Assembly (NCBI RefSeq): GCF_018607965.1
Contig: NZ_JABBAM010000065.1
Span: 16,922 to 80,921, forward strand
DNA from: Planktotalea sp.
GTDB lineage: Bacteria > Pseudomonadota > Alphaproteobacteria > Rhodobacterales > Rhodobacteraceae
Direction: 5' to 3'
Length of the DNA: 64,000 nucleotides
Part shown: positions 19,120 through 29,372 of the stretch, piece by piece
Numbering within the stretch: position 1 is the stretch's first letter
Layout of the letters: each line of letters opens with the position of its first letter
Program-made: the position numbers and the translations under genes
The notes under the pieces: model-generated
Seen by the model: only the letters and a program-made list of their open reading frames with translations
The model's database searches: none
What the model was told of the DNA's origin: nothing

Positions 19120-21804
19120 ATGCCCATTACAGTCGGTCAGGACACCAGCAAGACACGCAAAACCCTAAAGGTTGGCGGATCTTCTATTTCGTACTACTCG
19201 ATTCCAGCTGCAACCGAAGCGGGCCTTGGTGACTTCTCCAAACTGCCTGCTGCGTTGAAAGTGGTTTTGGAAAACATGCTGCGCTTTGAAGATGGCAAGA
19301 CTGTTTCAGTCGACGATATCAAAGCATTCGCGACATGGGGTGCGAACGGTGGCAAGAACCCACGCGAGATTGCTTACCGCCCTGCCCGCGTTCTGATGCA
19401 GGACTTCACAGGCGTTCCAGCTGTTGTAGACTTGGCTGCGATGCGCGACGGCATCAAGGCGCTTGGCGGTGATCCTCAGAAGATTAACCCGCTGAACCCT
19501 GTTGATCTGGTCATCGACCACTCGGTCATGATTGACGAATTCGGCAACCCACGCGCGTTCAAGATGAACGTAGACCGCGAATATGAGCGCAACATGGAAC
19601 GGTACACCTTCCTGAAATGGGGCCAGTCCGCGTTCTCCAACTTCCGCGTTGTTCCTCCGGGCACAGGTATTTGCCATCAGGTGAACCTTGAGTATCTTTC
19701 TCAGACTGTGTGGACAGACGTTGACCAAAACGGCGAAGAAGTTGCCTACCCTGACACGCTTGTTGGGACAGACAGCCACACTACTATGGTAAACGGTGCT
19801 GCGGTTCTTGGTTGGGGCGTCGGTGGTATCGAGGCCGAAGCATCCATGCTGGGTCAGCCAATTTCCATGCTGATCCCAGAAGTCATCGGTTTCGAGCTGA
19901 CAGGCGCGATGATGGAAGGCACGACTGGTACGGACCTTGTTCTTAAGGTTGTTGAAATGCTGCGTGCCAAAGGAGTTGTTGGCAAGTTCGTAGAATTCTA
20001 CGGCAAGGGCCTCGACACGCTACCGCTCGCGGATCGTGCAACAATCGCCAACATGGCACCAGAGTATGGCGCAACATGTGGCTTCTTCCCAATCGACAAT
20101 GAAACACTTCGTTACCTGCGCACAACAGGTCGTGAAGAGGACCGTATCGCATTGGTTGAAGCCTACGCAAAAGAGAACGGTTTCTGGCGCGGCGACAACT
20201 ATGCACCTGTTTACACGGACACACTGTCCCTCGACATGGGCACAATCGTTCCTGCGATTTCCGGCCCCAAGCGCCCACAAGACTACGTGGCTTTGACTGG
20301 CGCGAAAGAAGCCTTCGCACACGAAATGGAAGAGACGTTCAAACGTCCCATGGGCAAAGAAGTCGCTGTTGCGGGTGAAGACTACACGATGGAATCCGGC
20401 AAGGTTGTGATCGCGTCGATCACCTCATGTACCAACACATCCAACCCCTATGTGATGATCGGCGCGGGCCTTGTTGCGCGCAAAGCCGCAGCACTGGGTC
20501 TGAACCGCAAACCTTGGGTCAAAACATCCCTCGCGCCCGGCTCCCAAGTTGTGACCGCCTATCTTGAAGCTGCAAATCTTCAGGTTGATCTGGACGCGCT
20601 TGGCTTTAACCTCGTTGGTTATGGTTGCACGACTTGCATCGGTAACTCTGGCCCACTTCAGCCAGAACTCTCCGCAGCGATTCATGAGGGCGATCTGGTT
20701 GCGACCTCCGTTCTTTCCGGAAACCGCAACTTTGAAGGCCGTATCAGCCCTGATGTGCGCGCAAACTATCTTGCGTCGCCTCCCCTTGTCGTTGCGTACG
20801 CGCTCGCGGGAACAATGGATATCAACCTTGCAACAGACCCCATCGCGCAGACGCCCGATGGCAAGGATGTGTATTTGAAAGACATCTGGCCCACGACGCA
20901 AGAAGTTGCAGAATTGGTCGAGCAAACAGTCACACGCGAAGCGTTCCAGACAAAGTATGCGGACGTGTTCAAGGGTGATGAAAAGTGGCAGGGAGTGTCC
21001 GTGCCACAGCAGGAAGTCTACGACTGGCCAGCAACGTCGACCTACATCCAGAACCCACCCTACTTCCAAGGGATGAGCCAAGAACCTGGCGTGATCACCA
21101 ACATCGATGGTGCAAAAGTTCTTGCACTATTGGGTGATATGATCACGACCGACCACATTTCCCCTGCTGGTGGATTTGCGGAAAGCTCACCTGCGGGTCA
21201 GTATCTCGTGGATCGCCAAGTGCCTGTACGAGAGTTCAACTCCTACGGATCACGTCGCGGTAACCACGAAGTCATGATGCGCGGCACATTCGCCAACATT
21301 CGCATAAAGAACGAGATGCTGGACGGCGTTGAAGGCGGCTACACTAAAGGCCCAGACGGCGCACAGACATCCATCTTTGACGCGGCAATGGCGCATCAAG
21401 AAGCTGGCACACCGCTGGTTATCTTTGGTGGTGAACAGTACGGCGCGGGATCCTCGCGTGACTGGGCAGCCAAAGGTACAGCGCTTTTGGGTGTAAAGGC
21501 CGTGATCGCGGAAAGCTTTGAGCGTATTCACCGTTCCAATCTTGTTGGCATGGGCGTTATTCCTTTTGAGTTTACTGCTGGTGATAGCCGCAGGTCGCTT
21601 GGCCTAACGGGTGAAGAAACTGTGTCTATCTCTGGTCTGGACACAATCGAGCCGCTGCAAGAGGTGCCATGCACGATCACAATGGAAGATGGAACAGTGA
21701 AACCCATAGCATTGAAGTGCCGCATCGATACAGCGATCGAGATTGAATACATCGAACATGGCGGTGTTCTCCACTACGTTCTTCGTGATCTCGCAGCGTC
21801 CTAA
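19120..21804 (+). CDS. acnA: Aconitate hydratase A
   Basis: RVLMQDFTGVP, DSHTTM, SITSCTNTSNP, GCTTCIGNSG and GSSRDWAAKG motifs. Confidence 0.98.
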   Translation: MPITVGQDTSKTRKTLKVGGSSISYYSIPAATEAGLGDFSKLPAALKVVLENMLRFEDGKTVSVDDIKAFATWGANGGKNPREIAYRPARVLMQDFTGVPAVVDLAAMRDGIKALGGDPQKINPLNPVDLVIDHSVMIDEFGNPRAFKMNVDREYERNMERYTFLKWGQSAFSNFRVVPPGTGICHQVNLEYLSQTVWTDVDQNGEEVAYPDTLVGTDSHTTMVNGAAVLGWGVGGIEAEASMLGQPISMLIPEVIGFELTGAMMEGTTGTDLVLKVVEMLRAKGVVGKFVEFYGKGLDTLPLADRATIANMAPEYGATCGFFPIDNETLRYLRTTGREEDRIALVEAYAKENGFWRGDNYAPVYTDTLSLDMGTIVPAISGPKRPQDYVALTGAKEAFAHEMEETFKRPMGKEVAVAGEDYTMESGKVVIASITSCTNTSNPYVMIGAGLVARKAAALGLNRKPWVKTSLAPGSQVVTAYLEAANLQVDLDALGFNLVGYGCTTCIGNSGPLQPELSAAIHEGDLVATSVLSGNRNFEGRISPDVRANYLASPPLVVAYALAGTMDINLATDPIAQTPDGKDVYLKDIWPTTQEVAELVEQTVTREAFQTKYADVFKGDEKWQGVSVPQQEVYDWPATSTYIQNPPYFQGMSQEPGVITNIDGAKVLALLGDMITTDHISPAGGFAESSPAGQYLVDRQVPVREFNSYGSRRGNHEVMMRGTFANIRIKNEMLDGVEGGYTKGPDGAQTSIFDAAMAHQEAGTPLVIFGGEQYGAGSSRDWAAKGTALLGVKAVIAESFERIHRSNLVGMGVIPFEFTAGDSRRSLGLTGEETVSISGLDTIEPLQEVPCTITMEDGTVKPIALKCRIDTAIEIEYIEHGGVLHYVLRDLAAS

Positions 21805-21823
21805 GCAACGCTTCATAAAACTC

Positions 21824-21852
21824 AAAAGGGCTGCCCTCGGGCGGCCCTTTTT
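21824..21852 (+). terminator. Intrinsic terminator of acnA
   Basis: AAAAGGGCTGCCC-TC-GGGCGGCCCTTTTT. Confidence 0.85.
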
Positions 21853-22003
21853 CGTTGTGTGCTTGCAGGTTCGCTTAACCTCGGCGCAGTATAGTTTATA
21901 AAAATCGTTCTTATCATAGGCGAGGTGTTATGCGTCTCAGGCGGATATCGGCTTTAGCACTGATTTGAGTGCGGATGAGTTTAAGGCCAAGATGACGCGT
22001 AGT

Positions 22004-22543
22004 TCAGTTTCCGAACGCTTTGTCCAGCTCTGGCAAAAACCGTTGTTCATAATCACTGCCAATCAAAGGGCCTGCGAAGCGGTAAAGGATCGTGCCGTCG
22101 CCGTCCAAGATGAAGGTTTCAGGCGGCGCAGTGACGCCCCAATCAATGGCTGTGCGCCCTTTGGGATCAAACGCCACACCTTTGAAAGGATTGCCATCAT
22201 CGTTAAGGTATTTGGTCGCCGCTCCAGCGGTATCTTTAAAATTCACACCAATAATTGCGTGGCTTTCAGCCAGTTCAAGCAGTGTGGGATGCTCTGCACG
22301 GCATGGTGGGCACCAGCTGGCCCAGAAGTTCACCAGTGTGACGTCGCCGTTTGCGAGATCGGCTTGGATGACAGGGGGAAAGCTTGAGAGCTCTGCCGCT
22401 TTCTCAATTGAAGGGGCTGGCTTGCCAATGAAGACAGATTCCAAATCACCTTTGCCCTCGCGGTACATGCCCAAATAGAACATCACCGCTAACCCTGCGA
22501 AAATCGCAGGTGGTGCAATCATAAGCGGCGAAATTTTAGTCAT
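22004..22543 (-). CDS. ccmG: Cytochrome c biogenesis thiol:disulfide oxidoreductase CcmG/DsbE
   Basis: NFWASWCPPC motif; position in the ccm cluster. Confidence 0.92.
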   Translation of the reverse strand: MTKISPLMIAPPAIFAGLAVMFYLGMYREGKGDLESVFIGKPAPSIEKAAELSSFPPVIQADLANGDVTLVNFWASWCPPCRAEHPTLLELAESHAIIGVNFKDTAGAATKYLNDDGNPFKGVAFDPKGRTAIDWGVTAPPETFILDGDGTILYRFAGPLIGSDYEQRFLPELDKAFGN

Positions 22544-22688
22544 TTCGGCGATCCTCGACATCTTTCAATGCAGCTTTCGCGCGGCGCGACTGAACCACGC
22601 TCAAAACAACAATCGCAATGAGAAAAACGATTGACGCGCCATAGGCGCTAAGAACAGAACCAGCGTATTTTCCAAGATCAGGCATCAT
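22536..22688 (-). CDS. ccmD: Heme exporter protein D (50 aa, absent from the ORF track)
   Basis: My translation MMPDLGKYAGSVLSAYGASIVFLIAIVVLSVVQSRRAKAALKDVEDRRND overlaps the ccmC stop and the ccmG start. Confidence 0.88.
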   Translation of the reverse strand: MMPDLGKYAGSVLSAYGASIVFLIAIVVLSVVQSRRAKAALKDVEDRRND

Positions 22689-23413
22689 GCCATGCGCTCC
22701 CGTGCGAGGAGTGATTTGGTGCGGCGCACTCGAATTTCTGTGCGCGTACGCAACAAGAGCAACGCGATGAAAAGCAGAACAAAGCCCGCAATGCAGAACA
22801 AGAGCGGTTGATAGAAAACATCTGCAACGTTCTTTTCCTTATCCAATGAAAGCGACGCGCCTTGGTGCAGGCCTTGGTTCCAGAAATTGACTGCGTAGCG
22901 TGACAGCAGCGCAAACACCGACCCAACAAGGCAAAGGATCGACGTGAGATCAGCAGCCGAATCGTTGTCTTCGATCGCCGCCCAAAGTGCGATGTAGCCA
23001 AGATAGAACAGAAACAAGATCAAGAAGGACGTCAGGCGCGGATCCCACGCCCACCATGTGCCCCACATGGGCTGTCCCCAGATCGCACCTGTGATCAAAG
23101 CGATCAACGTCATAACAACGCCGATGGGTGCGGCTGCTTTCGCCGCCAAGGCACTAACGTGATGGCGCCGGATAATCCAGACCAGTGAGGTCACCAGCAT
23201 CATGAGCCATACGTTGATTGCCATGAGGGCCGCAGGAACATGAAGGTAGATGATTTTGACCGTTGATCCTTGGCGAAAATCATCGGGCGTAAAGAAAAAG
23301 CCCCAGACCAGACCGACCACAAGGCAAAGACCTGACAGCACTGCCACAACAGGAAGCACACGACCCGAAAGGGCCATGAATTTCACCGGATTTGCGTATT
23401 CCCATAAAGACAT
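22685..23413 (-). CDS. ccmC: Heme exporter protein C
   Basis: WWD motif WGQPMWGTWWAWDPRLT; YLHVP. Confidence 0.96.
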   Translation of the reverse strand: MSLWEYANPVKFMALSGRVLPVVAVLSGLCLVVGLVWGFFFTPDDFRQGSTVKIIYLHVPAALMAINVWLMMLVTSLVWIIRRHHVSALAAKAAAPIGVVMTLIALITGAIWGQPMWGTWWAWDPRLTSFLILFLFYLGYIALWAAIEDNDSAADLTSILCLVGSVFALLSRYAVNFWNQGLHQGASLSLDKEKNVADVFYQPLLFCIAGFVLLFIALLLLRTRTEIRVRRTKSLLARERMA

Positions 23414-23454
23414 GGTTTTGATGTATCCCTAAGGCTGGTTGACTTCAATTCACA

Positions 23455-24111
23455 TTAACGAATGTTTACGCGCAGCACTGCTGCAGATGCAAATGGAAGC
23501 AAGGCGATGGTGCCAAATGTGATCCCCGCAAGCATCATCAACGGCGTTGTCGAGGACAGCCCTTCGGCGCCGCGCCGGGCGGCTTCGGCACCGTAGATCA
23601 ATGTGGGAACATAGAGCGGCAGCACCAAGAGCGACAACAACAAGCCACCGCGTTTGATTCCGACTGTAAGTGCTGCACCAAATGTGCCGATCACGCTGAG
23701 TGCAGGTGTGCCCAAAAGGAGCGAGAGGACAAGCGGGATGTAACCCGCGCTTGGCAGATTTAGCAGCAATCCGAATAAGGGTGCGGCGATGACCAGTGGT
23801 AGCCCCGTGGTCAGCCAATGCGCAAAGGCTTTGATGCTGACAGTTGCTTCCATCGGGAGCGGCGCACAGGCAAGTAGATCCAGTGTGCCATCCTCCCAAT
23901 CCAGTGCAAGAATGCGATCGAGTGACAGCAGACAGGCGAGCAATGCGCCAAGCCATAAAATACCGGGGGCAATTGTGGAAAGTAGTGCACTTTGCGGGCC
24001 GACACCAAAGGGAACCAAGGCAGTCACGATCAAGAAGAACGCGAGGCCAAGACCAAAACCGCCCCCTGCCCGCATAGCCAATTGCAGATCACGGATCAGA
24101 AGCGCCTTCAC
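23455..24111 (-). CDS. ccmB: Heme exporter protein B
   Basis: [10 protein letters not shown] and [11 protein letters not shown] motifs. Confidence 0.95.
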   Translation of the reverse strand: MKALLIRDLQLAMRAGGGFGLGLAFFLIVTALVPFGVGPQSALLSTIAPGILWLGALLACLLSLDRILALDWEDGTLDLLACAPLPMEATVSIKAFAHWLTTGLPLVIAAPLFGLLLNLPSAGYIPLVLSLLLGTPALSVIGTFGAALTVGIKRGGLLLSLLVLPLYVPTLIYGAEAARRGAEGLSSTTPLMMLAGITFGTIALLPFASAAVLRVNIR

Positions 24112-24725
24112 AGAAAACCCTCCATCGCATCATCAAGGGCCAAAGGTGCAAGGGCTTTGAACGGGGTCACATCAAGGATTTCCGCCTCAAGTCCAAGATC
24201 GATATGTGTCGCGATCAACGCAATACCACCGCTTGCAAGATGCGCATGAATTGCACCTGCAAACATCGCGACGGCATCTACATCCAAAGACACCGTAGGT
24301 TCGTCCAGCACCCAGATAGGGCGGCCCGTCACAAGTAGGCGCGCCAACCCAAGGCGGCGTTTTTGACCCGCAGACAAAGCACCTGCAGGTCGATCCGCAA
24401 GGGGTTCAAGGGCGAAGGCATTCAAGGCGGGGGCAATGTCGCGGGTTCCAAAAACCTCTGCCCAGAAAGCAAGATTTTCGCGCACTGTTAGGACTTGCTT
24501 GATACCATCGGAATGGGCCGCATAGGCAATGCTGTCTTCAACTGCTTCAATCGTTCCGTCCAGCGCAGGCTGCAACCCAGAAATCGTGCGCAGAAGGGTT
24601 GTTTTGCCAATCCCGTTAGGACCACGCAGGATCAAACAACCTCCCGCCTTGATCGTGAAGGACAGCCCTTCGAGGACCGCAATTCCACCGCGTGCAACGC
24701 TTAGAGTATGGACGCCAAGCTGCAC
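24108..24725 (-). CDS. ccmA: Heme ABC exporter ATPase
   Basis: [17 protein letters not shown] and LDEP motifs. Confidence 0.95.
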   Translation of the reverse strand: MQLGVHTLSVARGGIAVLEGLSFTIKAGGCLILRGPNGIGKTTLLRTISGLQPALDGTIEAVEDSIAYAAHSDGIKQVLTVRENLAFWAEVFGTRDIAPALNAFALEPLADRPAGALSAGQKRRLGLARLLVTGRPIWVLDEPTVSLDVDAVAMFAGAIHAHLASGGIALIATHIDLGLEAEILDVTPFKALAPLALDDAMEGFL

Positions 24726-24728
24726 GTC

Positions 24729-25091
24729 TCAGGTCTTTGTCACGGGCATCAAGGCCGCTGCGACACGGCGTCCATCATTCACCAGAACGTTGTATGTCCG
24801 GCAAGCCGCCGGGGAATTCATCGTTTCAGCCCCAAGACCTGCTTCGTCAAGTTTTTCGCGCAACTCTGCGGGCAGATAGGCAACCTCGTCACCCGTCCCG
24901 ATAAAGATCACGTCGATCTCATCCGCCATAGCGATCAACGTTTCCGCGTCCTCGTATCCACCCCAAGGGCGCGCACCTGTTGCGGTGACAATCATCGGTG
25001 CCCGAATCACTTGTCCTGCAATGCGGAAAAATCCTGGGCCATACCCTTCTACAGGCTGCGCATCATCAAATTCAATCTCAGTCATTCGCAT
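24729..25091 (-). CDS. Mth938-like domain protein (DUF498)
   Basis: IFIGTG and AACRTYNVL motifs. Confidence 0.88.
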   Translation of the reverse strand: MRMTEIEFDDAQPVEGYGPGFFRIAGQVIRAPMIVTATGARPWGGYEDAETLIAMADEIDVIFIGTGDEVAYLPAELREKLDEAGLGAETMNSPAACRTYNVLVNDGRRVAAALMPVTKT

Positions 25092-25097
25092 GCAGCA

Positions 25098-25345
25098 CTA
25101 CCCCCAAATTGGGAGGCCCCGCACAGCGAAGGCCCCGATAATCACATAAGATGTCGTTCTATATAACGTCTCATACCCTAGACGAAAGAGCCATGTGCCA
25201 AGTCGTACGCCAAGCATGATGCCAGAGACTGATAGCATGCCTCTAATCTATGGATTTCCCATTAGGATGAAATCAATGAAAACAGGATCACCGTTGGACC
25301 CAGTCGTCCGACGGATCCGCTCAACAGGCCTGCTATAGCGCCGAC
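25098..25345 (-). pseudogene. Degraded remnant resembling a TauE/SafE (TSUP) permease
   Basis: Fragments LYGVGAIAGLLSGSVGRLGPTVILF and MLSVSGIMLGVRLGTWLFRLGYETLYRTTSYVIIGAFAVRGLPIWG*, broken by stops; no full ORF. Confidence 0.5.
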
Positions 25346-25360
25346 GCCATAAAGGCGATC

Positions 25361-25393
25361 CACATCAGCCCATCGGTTGCGAGGGCTGATGTG
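25361..25393. other. Perfect 11-bp hairpin just downstream of secF
   Basis: CACATCAGCCC-N11-GGGCTGATGTG with no U-tract; possible mRNA-stabilising hairpin or short repeat. Confidence 0.5.
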
Positions 25394-25399
25394 ATGAGA

Positions 25400-26371
25400 T
25401 CAGGCATCAATATTGGCGAATTGCGTCCCTGCATTCGCATCTGGTCTATTGGTCCAATCGCGTTTCACGCCCAACCACAAAAGGATCGCAGAGGCCACGA
25501 AGACCGAAGAATACGTACCAACAATCACGCCCCAGATCATCGCAAAGACGAAGCCACGGATCACGTCACCGCCAAGTACGAACAAAGCAATCAGCGCCAG
25601 CAAGGTGGTCACAGATGTCATGAATGTCCGGCTAAGTGTTTCGTTGATCGAAATGTTCAGAACGTCCTTCAGGTCTTTCTTCTTATACTTGCGCAGGTTT
25701 TCACGCACGCGGTCAAACACAACCACGGTATCGTTCAAAGAATAGCCAACGATGGTAAGCAAAGCCGCGATAATCGCGAGGTCGAATTTGATCTGAAGTT
25801 CGGAAAAGATACCGATGGTCAAGATAACGTCATGCACCAGCGCGGCCACAGCGCCCAAAGCAAACTGCCATTCAAAGCGCAGCCAGATATAGATCAGAAC
25901 CGCCCCAATCGCGAGGACAACCGCAATGGCCGCTGTCTGGATCAATTCGCCAGAAACCTTGGGGCCAACGGATTCGACGGACACAAATTTGAGATCAGGC
26001 GCAATCGCTTGCAGCGCAACTTGCACTCTGGCGATGATGTCTGAATTCACGGCCTCTTGGCCCTCTTGGGTCTGTATGCGGATCATTGCGACGTGTTGAT
26101 CGACGCCAAAGGTCGGGTCAAAGACTTCTGAAATCGTGATGTCACCCAGTTCCAAAGGCACAATCGCGTCGCGATATGCCCCCACATCAATGGGCGTCGA
26201 ACTTTCGCTACGTACAGTCGTACCACCTTTAAAATCGATACCGTAGTTCAGACCTTGATAGAGGAACGATCCCAAGCCGATGACCATCATAACCAACGAT
26301 ATGCCGAGCCATGTGCGCGAGCTCGAAAAGAAATCGAATGCTGTGTTTTGCTTGACCAGTCTTAGGCGCAT
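25400..26371 (-). CDS. secF: Protein translocase subunit SecF
   Basis: GIDFKGG, GYSLNDTVVVFDRVREN and GTYSS motifs. Confidence 0.97.
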   Translation of the reverse strand: MRLRLVKQNTAFDFFSSSRTWLGISLVMMVIGLGSFLYQGLNYGIDFKGGTTVRSESSTPIDVGAYRDAIVPLELGDITISEVFDPTFGVDQHVAMIRIQTQEGQEAVNSDIIARVQVALQAIAPDLKFVSVESVGPKVSGELIQTAAIAVVLAIGAVLIYIWLRFEWQFALGAVAALVHDVILTIGIFSELQIKFDLAIIAALLTIVGYSLNDTVVVFDRVRENLRKYKKKDLKDVLNISINETLSRTFMTSVTTLLALIALFVLGGDVIRGFVFAMIWGVIVGTYSSVFVASAILLWLGVKRDWTNRPDANAGTQFANIDA

Positions 26372-26372
26372 C

Positions 26373-28034
26373 TCACACCTCCAATGTTTTGGGGCGTTTA
26401 CGTTCGAACCACATCACAACGATAAGACGCGTGACGAAGATCGCAGTAAAGACCGATGTGAGAATGCCGAAACCGAGCGTGATCGCAAAGCCGCGTACAG
26501 GGCCAGAGCCCATCACGAAGAGGATCACAGCGGTAATGAACGTGGTGAAGTTGGCGTCAATAATCGCGCTAAGTGCTTTTTCGTAGCCCAGATCAATTGC
26601 GCGTGCCGGCCCTTTGGCTGATTTGAGTTCTTCGCGAATTCGCTCGAACACCAGCACGTTGGCATCCACCGCCATACCAATTGTTAGAACGATACCGGCG
26701 ATACCGGGCAGCGTCAGCGTGGCACCGACCAAGCTAAGCAGACCAAAGATCAGACCAACGTTAATGATGAGCGCAATGTTAGCAAAGATGCCAAACATTC
26801 CGTAGCTCAGGAACATAAACACAAGAACCAAGGCAAATGCGACAACGCAGGCCACCTGCCCCGCTTTGATGCTGTCTGCACCCAGCTCTGGACCGATTGT
26901 GCGTTCTTCTAGAAAATCGAGGCCTGCAGGCAAAGCTCCCGCGCGCAACAGCACGGATAGGTTTGTGGACTCTTCAACCGTGAAGTTACCCGTGATGATG
27001 CCTGATCCGCCCGGGATATGGCTTTGGATCACAGGGGCAGAGATCACTTCGCTATCCAGAACAATCGCGAAAGGATTGCCGATATTTTCCGCCGTATAGT
27101 CACCGAACTTACGCGCACCCGATGGGTTGAAACGGAAATTCACCGCAGGACGGCCATTCTGGTCAAACGCAGGCTGCGCATCGACCAGTTCCTCGCCCGT
27201 CACAACGGGCGCTGTTTCAAGCAAGTAAAATGTACCGTCCTCGTCCAAGGACGGAAGGATTTCATTGCCAATACCGGGGGACGCATCAGGGTTAGATCCG
27301 CGACCAACAACGGGTTGGAACGTCAACTGCGCTGTGGTACCAATGATGGCTTTCAATTCTGCCGCTGATCCAATGCCGGGTACTTGGATCAGGATACGGT
27401 CCGTACCTTGGCGCTGAATTGTAGGTTCGCGTGTACCAACCTCGTCGATACGGCGGCGAATAATTTCCACAGCTTGCTGCATTGTGCGCTCGTCCGTTGC
27501 GCGTCTTTCGGCCTCGGATAGACGGACAGTAAGAACCGCTCCGTCCGCACTGACTTCGATATCGGACGACCCAACACCAGACAAGGAAACAACCTGCTGG
27601 GCCAAGCCACGCACAACTTCCATCGCGCGGGGCATGCCGTCTAGTTCGGAAATACGGACCTTAAGCTCGTCCCCGGCAGAGGGCTGCAAACGGATCGTGC
27701 CAATGGTCGCACGCTCTGGACGCAGTGCATTGCGCACTTCTGGCCAAAGCGATTTCATACGGGCGACGTAGACATCGGTGACTTTAACCTCTGCCAACAA
27801 ATGCGCACCGCCGCGCAGGTCTAGGCCAAGATTAACAAGACCAGAGGGCAGAAAACCGGGCCACTGCGCAACCATCGCATCACGTTCGGGCGAAGTGCCG
27901 GACAATTCGATCTCTGCAACCGCATCATTGCGCTGTTCGACTTTGGAATAAAACGCATTGGGAGCGGCCAGTAGCAATCCGATCGCGCAAAGCGCCCAGA
28001 TCACTACCCGTTTCCACAGGTCAATTTGCAGCAT
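26373..28034 (-). CDS. secD: Protein translocase subunit SecD
   Basis: LGLDLRGG and GMAVDANVLVFERIREE motifs. Confidence 0.97.
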   Translation of the reverse strand: MLQIDLWKRVVIWALCAIGLLLAAPNAFYSKVEQRNDAVAEIELSGTSPERDAMVAQWPGFLPSGLVNLGLDLRGGAHLLAEVKVTDVYVARMKSLWPEVRNALRPERATIGTIRLQPSAGDELKVRISELDGMPRAMEVVRGLAQQVVSLSGVGSSDIEVSADGAVLTVRLSEAERRATDERTMQQAVEIIRRRIDEVGTREPTIQRQGTDRILIQVPGIGSAAELKAIIGTTAQLTFQPVVGRGSNPDASPGIGNEILPSLDEDGTFYLLETAPVVTGEELVDAQPAFDQNGRPAVNFRFNPSGARKFGDYTAENIGNPFAIVLDSEVISAPVIQSHIPGGSGIITGNFTVEESTNLSVLLRAGALPAGLDFLEERTIGPELGADSIKAGQVACVVAFALVLVFMFLSYGMFGIFANIALIINVGLIFGLLSLVGATLTLPGIAGIVLTIGMAVDANVLVFERIREELKSAKGPARAIDLGYEKALSAIIDANFTTFITAVILFVMGSGPVRGFAITLGFGILTSVFTAIFVTRLIVVMWFERKRPKTLEV

Positions 28035-28070
28035 ATGTCCGGCCTCTCGTCGCCTGCCTTGCTGTCCGGA

Positions 28071-28358
28071 TTAAGCGGACGCTGGCTCGGTCTTGTTGAT
28101 CACATTGGCGATAGTGGACTGAACAACACGAACTTTTACGCCCTCGGCTAGTTCAATTTCGACTTCGTTGTCGTCTTTTACTTTAACCACTTTTCCGATC
28201 AGACCGCCTTGCGTGATCACTTGATCTCCACGACGCAGACCCTCGACCATTTTCTGGTGCTCTTTCAGCTTTTTCTGCTGAGGGCGGATTAAAAGAAAAT
28301 ACATGATCGCGAAGATCAAAATAAGAGGAACGAATTGGCCGAGTGCGCCAGCATCCAT
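28071..28358 (-). CDS. yajC: Preprotein translocase subunit YajC
   Basis: YFLLIRPQQK and GDQVITQGG motifs; upstream of secD. Confidence 0.95.
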   Translation of the reverse strand: MDAGALGQFVPLILIFAIMYFLLIRPQQKKLKEHQKMVEGLRRGDQVITQGGLIGKVVKVKDDNEVEIELAEGVKVRVVQSTIANVINKTEPASA

Positions 28359-28580
28359 TGGGGTAATCCTTTTTAAATGTCGGCCCGCCCTTTGAAAAAT
28401 AGGTGCACGCCATGCCTGAATTTGGCCAGAACCTATGATTTGCGTCACGGCTTTGCAATGGGCCATCACTGCCTGATTTTCGAGCGCGGGTTTGAGCTAT
28501 GCAAAAACTGCATAGCGGCAATGCTGCACCTGCGGCATTATCTGCCTTGAAAGCGGGCAACGTGCGTACTAAATCAAAAT

Positions 28581-28666
28581 CACACGAATGATGATGGCGC
28601 TAAAGTGTCTAGTTCTTGAACCTCCCTGTTGGACTTCGGCCGAGCCTCTGAGCTCGGCCTTTTTTT
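28581..28666 (+). ncRNA. Candidate small RNA divergent from yajC
   Basis: CTTGAA-N17-CTAAAT promoter-like element (28546-28574), CCTCCCT at 28621, terminator GGCCGAGC-N6-GCTCGGCC-T7. There is no + strand CDS for the terminator to serve. Confidence 0.5.
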
Positions 28667-28682
28667 ACCAATTCGCTTTGTT

Positions 28683-29372
28683 TTAATCGAAAACCGACAT
28701 GATTTCAGTCAACGGCTTTTTCATTTTAGCAACGCCCGGCACAGTCGCGTCTGGTGCAGGATGTCCAACTGCTAGAATCATCACAGGTTTTTCAGATGCG
28801 GGACGCCCCAAAAGCCCATTCAAAAACTTCATCGGGTTTGGTGTATGCGTGAGGCAGGTCAAACCTGCGTGATGCAGCGCAGAAATCAAAAATCCCGTCG
28901 CGATGCCGACGCTTTCGGGCACATAGTAATTCTTGTTTCGCGTGCCATCCTCAAATTCGCCCCACCGTTGCGCAAAGATAATGATCAGCCAAGGCGCAAT
29001 ATCAAGATGTGGTTTGCTGGCGTCCGTGCCAACCGGCTCAAGCGCTTTGATCCATTCATCGCCAGCCCCGCCTGCATAGAATTTCTCTTCTTCTTCAGCC
29101 GCGAGGCGAATTTGATGTTTCACATCCGCGCTAGAGATCGCAACAAAATGCCAAGGCTGGTGGTTCGCACCAGACGGTGCAGATCCTGCCGCTGTAATCG
29201 CCGCATCAATGACCACTTGAGGAACCGCTGTAGGCGCGAAATCACGCACAGAATGACGCTTACGCATGAATTCCAAATGCGCTGCGACTGCTTTGATGCT
29301 GTCGTGCGCAGACATTTCCACGCGATCAAGCAGTTGAACGGCGCTGTAGTCCAGTTTTTCTTTAGCGAACAC
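28683..29372 (-). CDS. Nitroreductase-fold iodotyrosine deiodinase (IYD)-like flavoprotein
   Basis: RKRHSVRDF, APSGANHQPWHF, EEEEKFY, KPHLDIAP, YYVPESVGIA and LTHTP motifs. Confidence 0.8.
   Translation of the reverse strand: MFAKEKLDYSAVQLLDRVEMSAHDSIKAVAAHLEFMRKRHSVRDFAPTAVPQVVIDAAITAAGSAPSGANHQPWHFVAISSADVKHQIRLAAEEEEKFYAGGAGDEWIKALEPVGTDASKPHLDIAPWLIIIFAQRWGEFEDGTRNKNYYVPESVGIATGFLISALHHAGLTCLTHTPNPMKFLNGLLGRPASEKPVMILAVGHPAPDATVPGVAKMKKPLTEIMSVFD

Noticed and set aside
21930-21968. Micro-ORF MRLRRISALALI* behind a GAGGTG RBS after the acnA terminator
   Set aside because: It could be the stub of a lost exported-protein gene, but 12 codons are too few to support a call.
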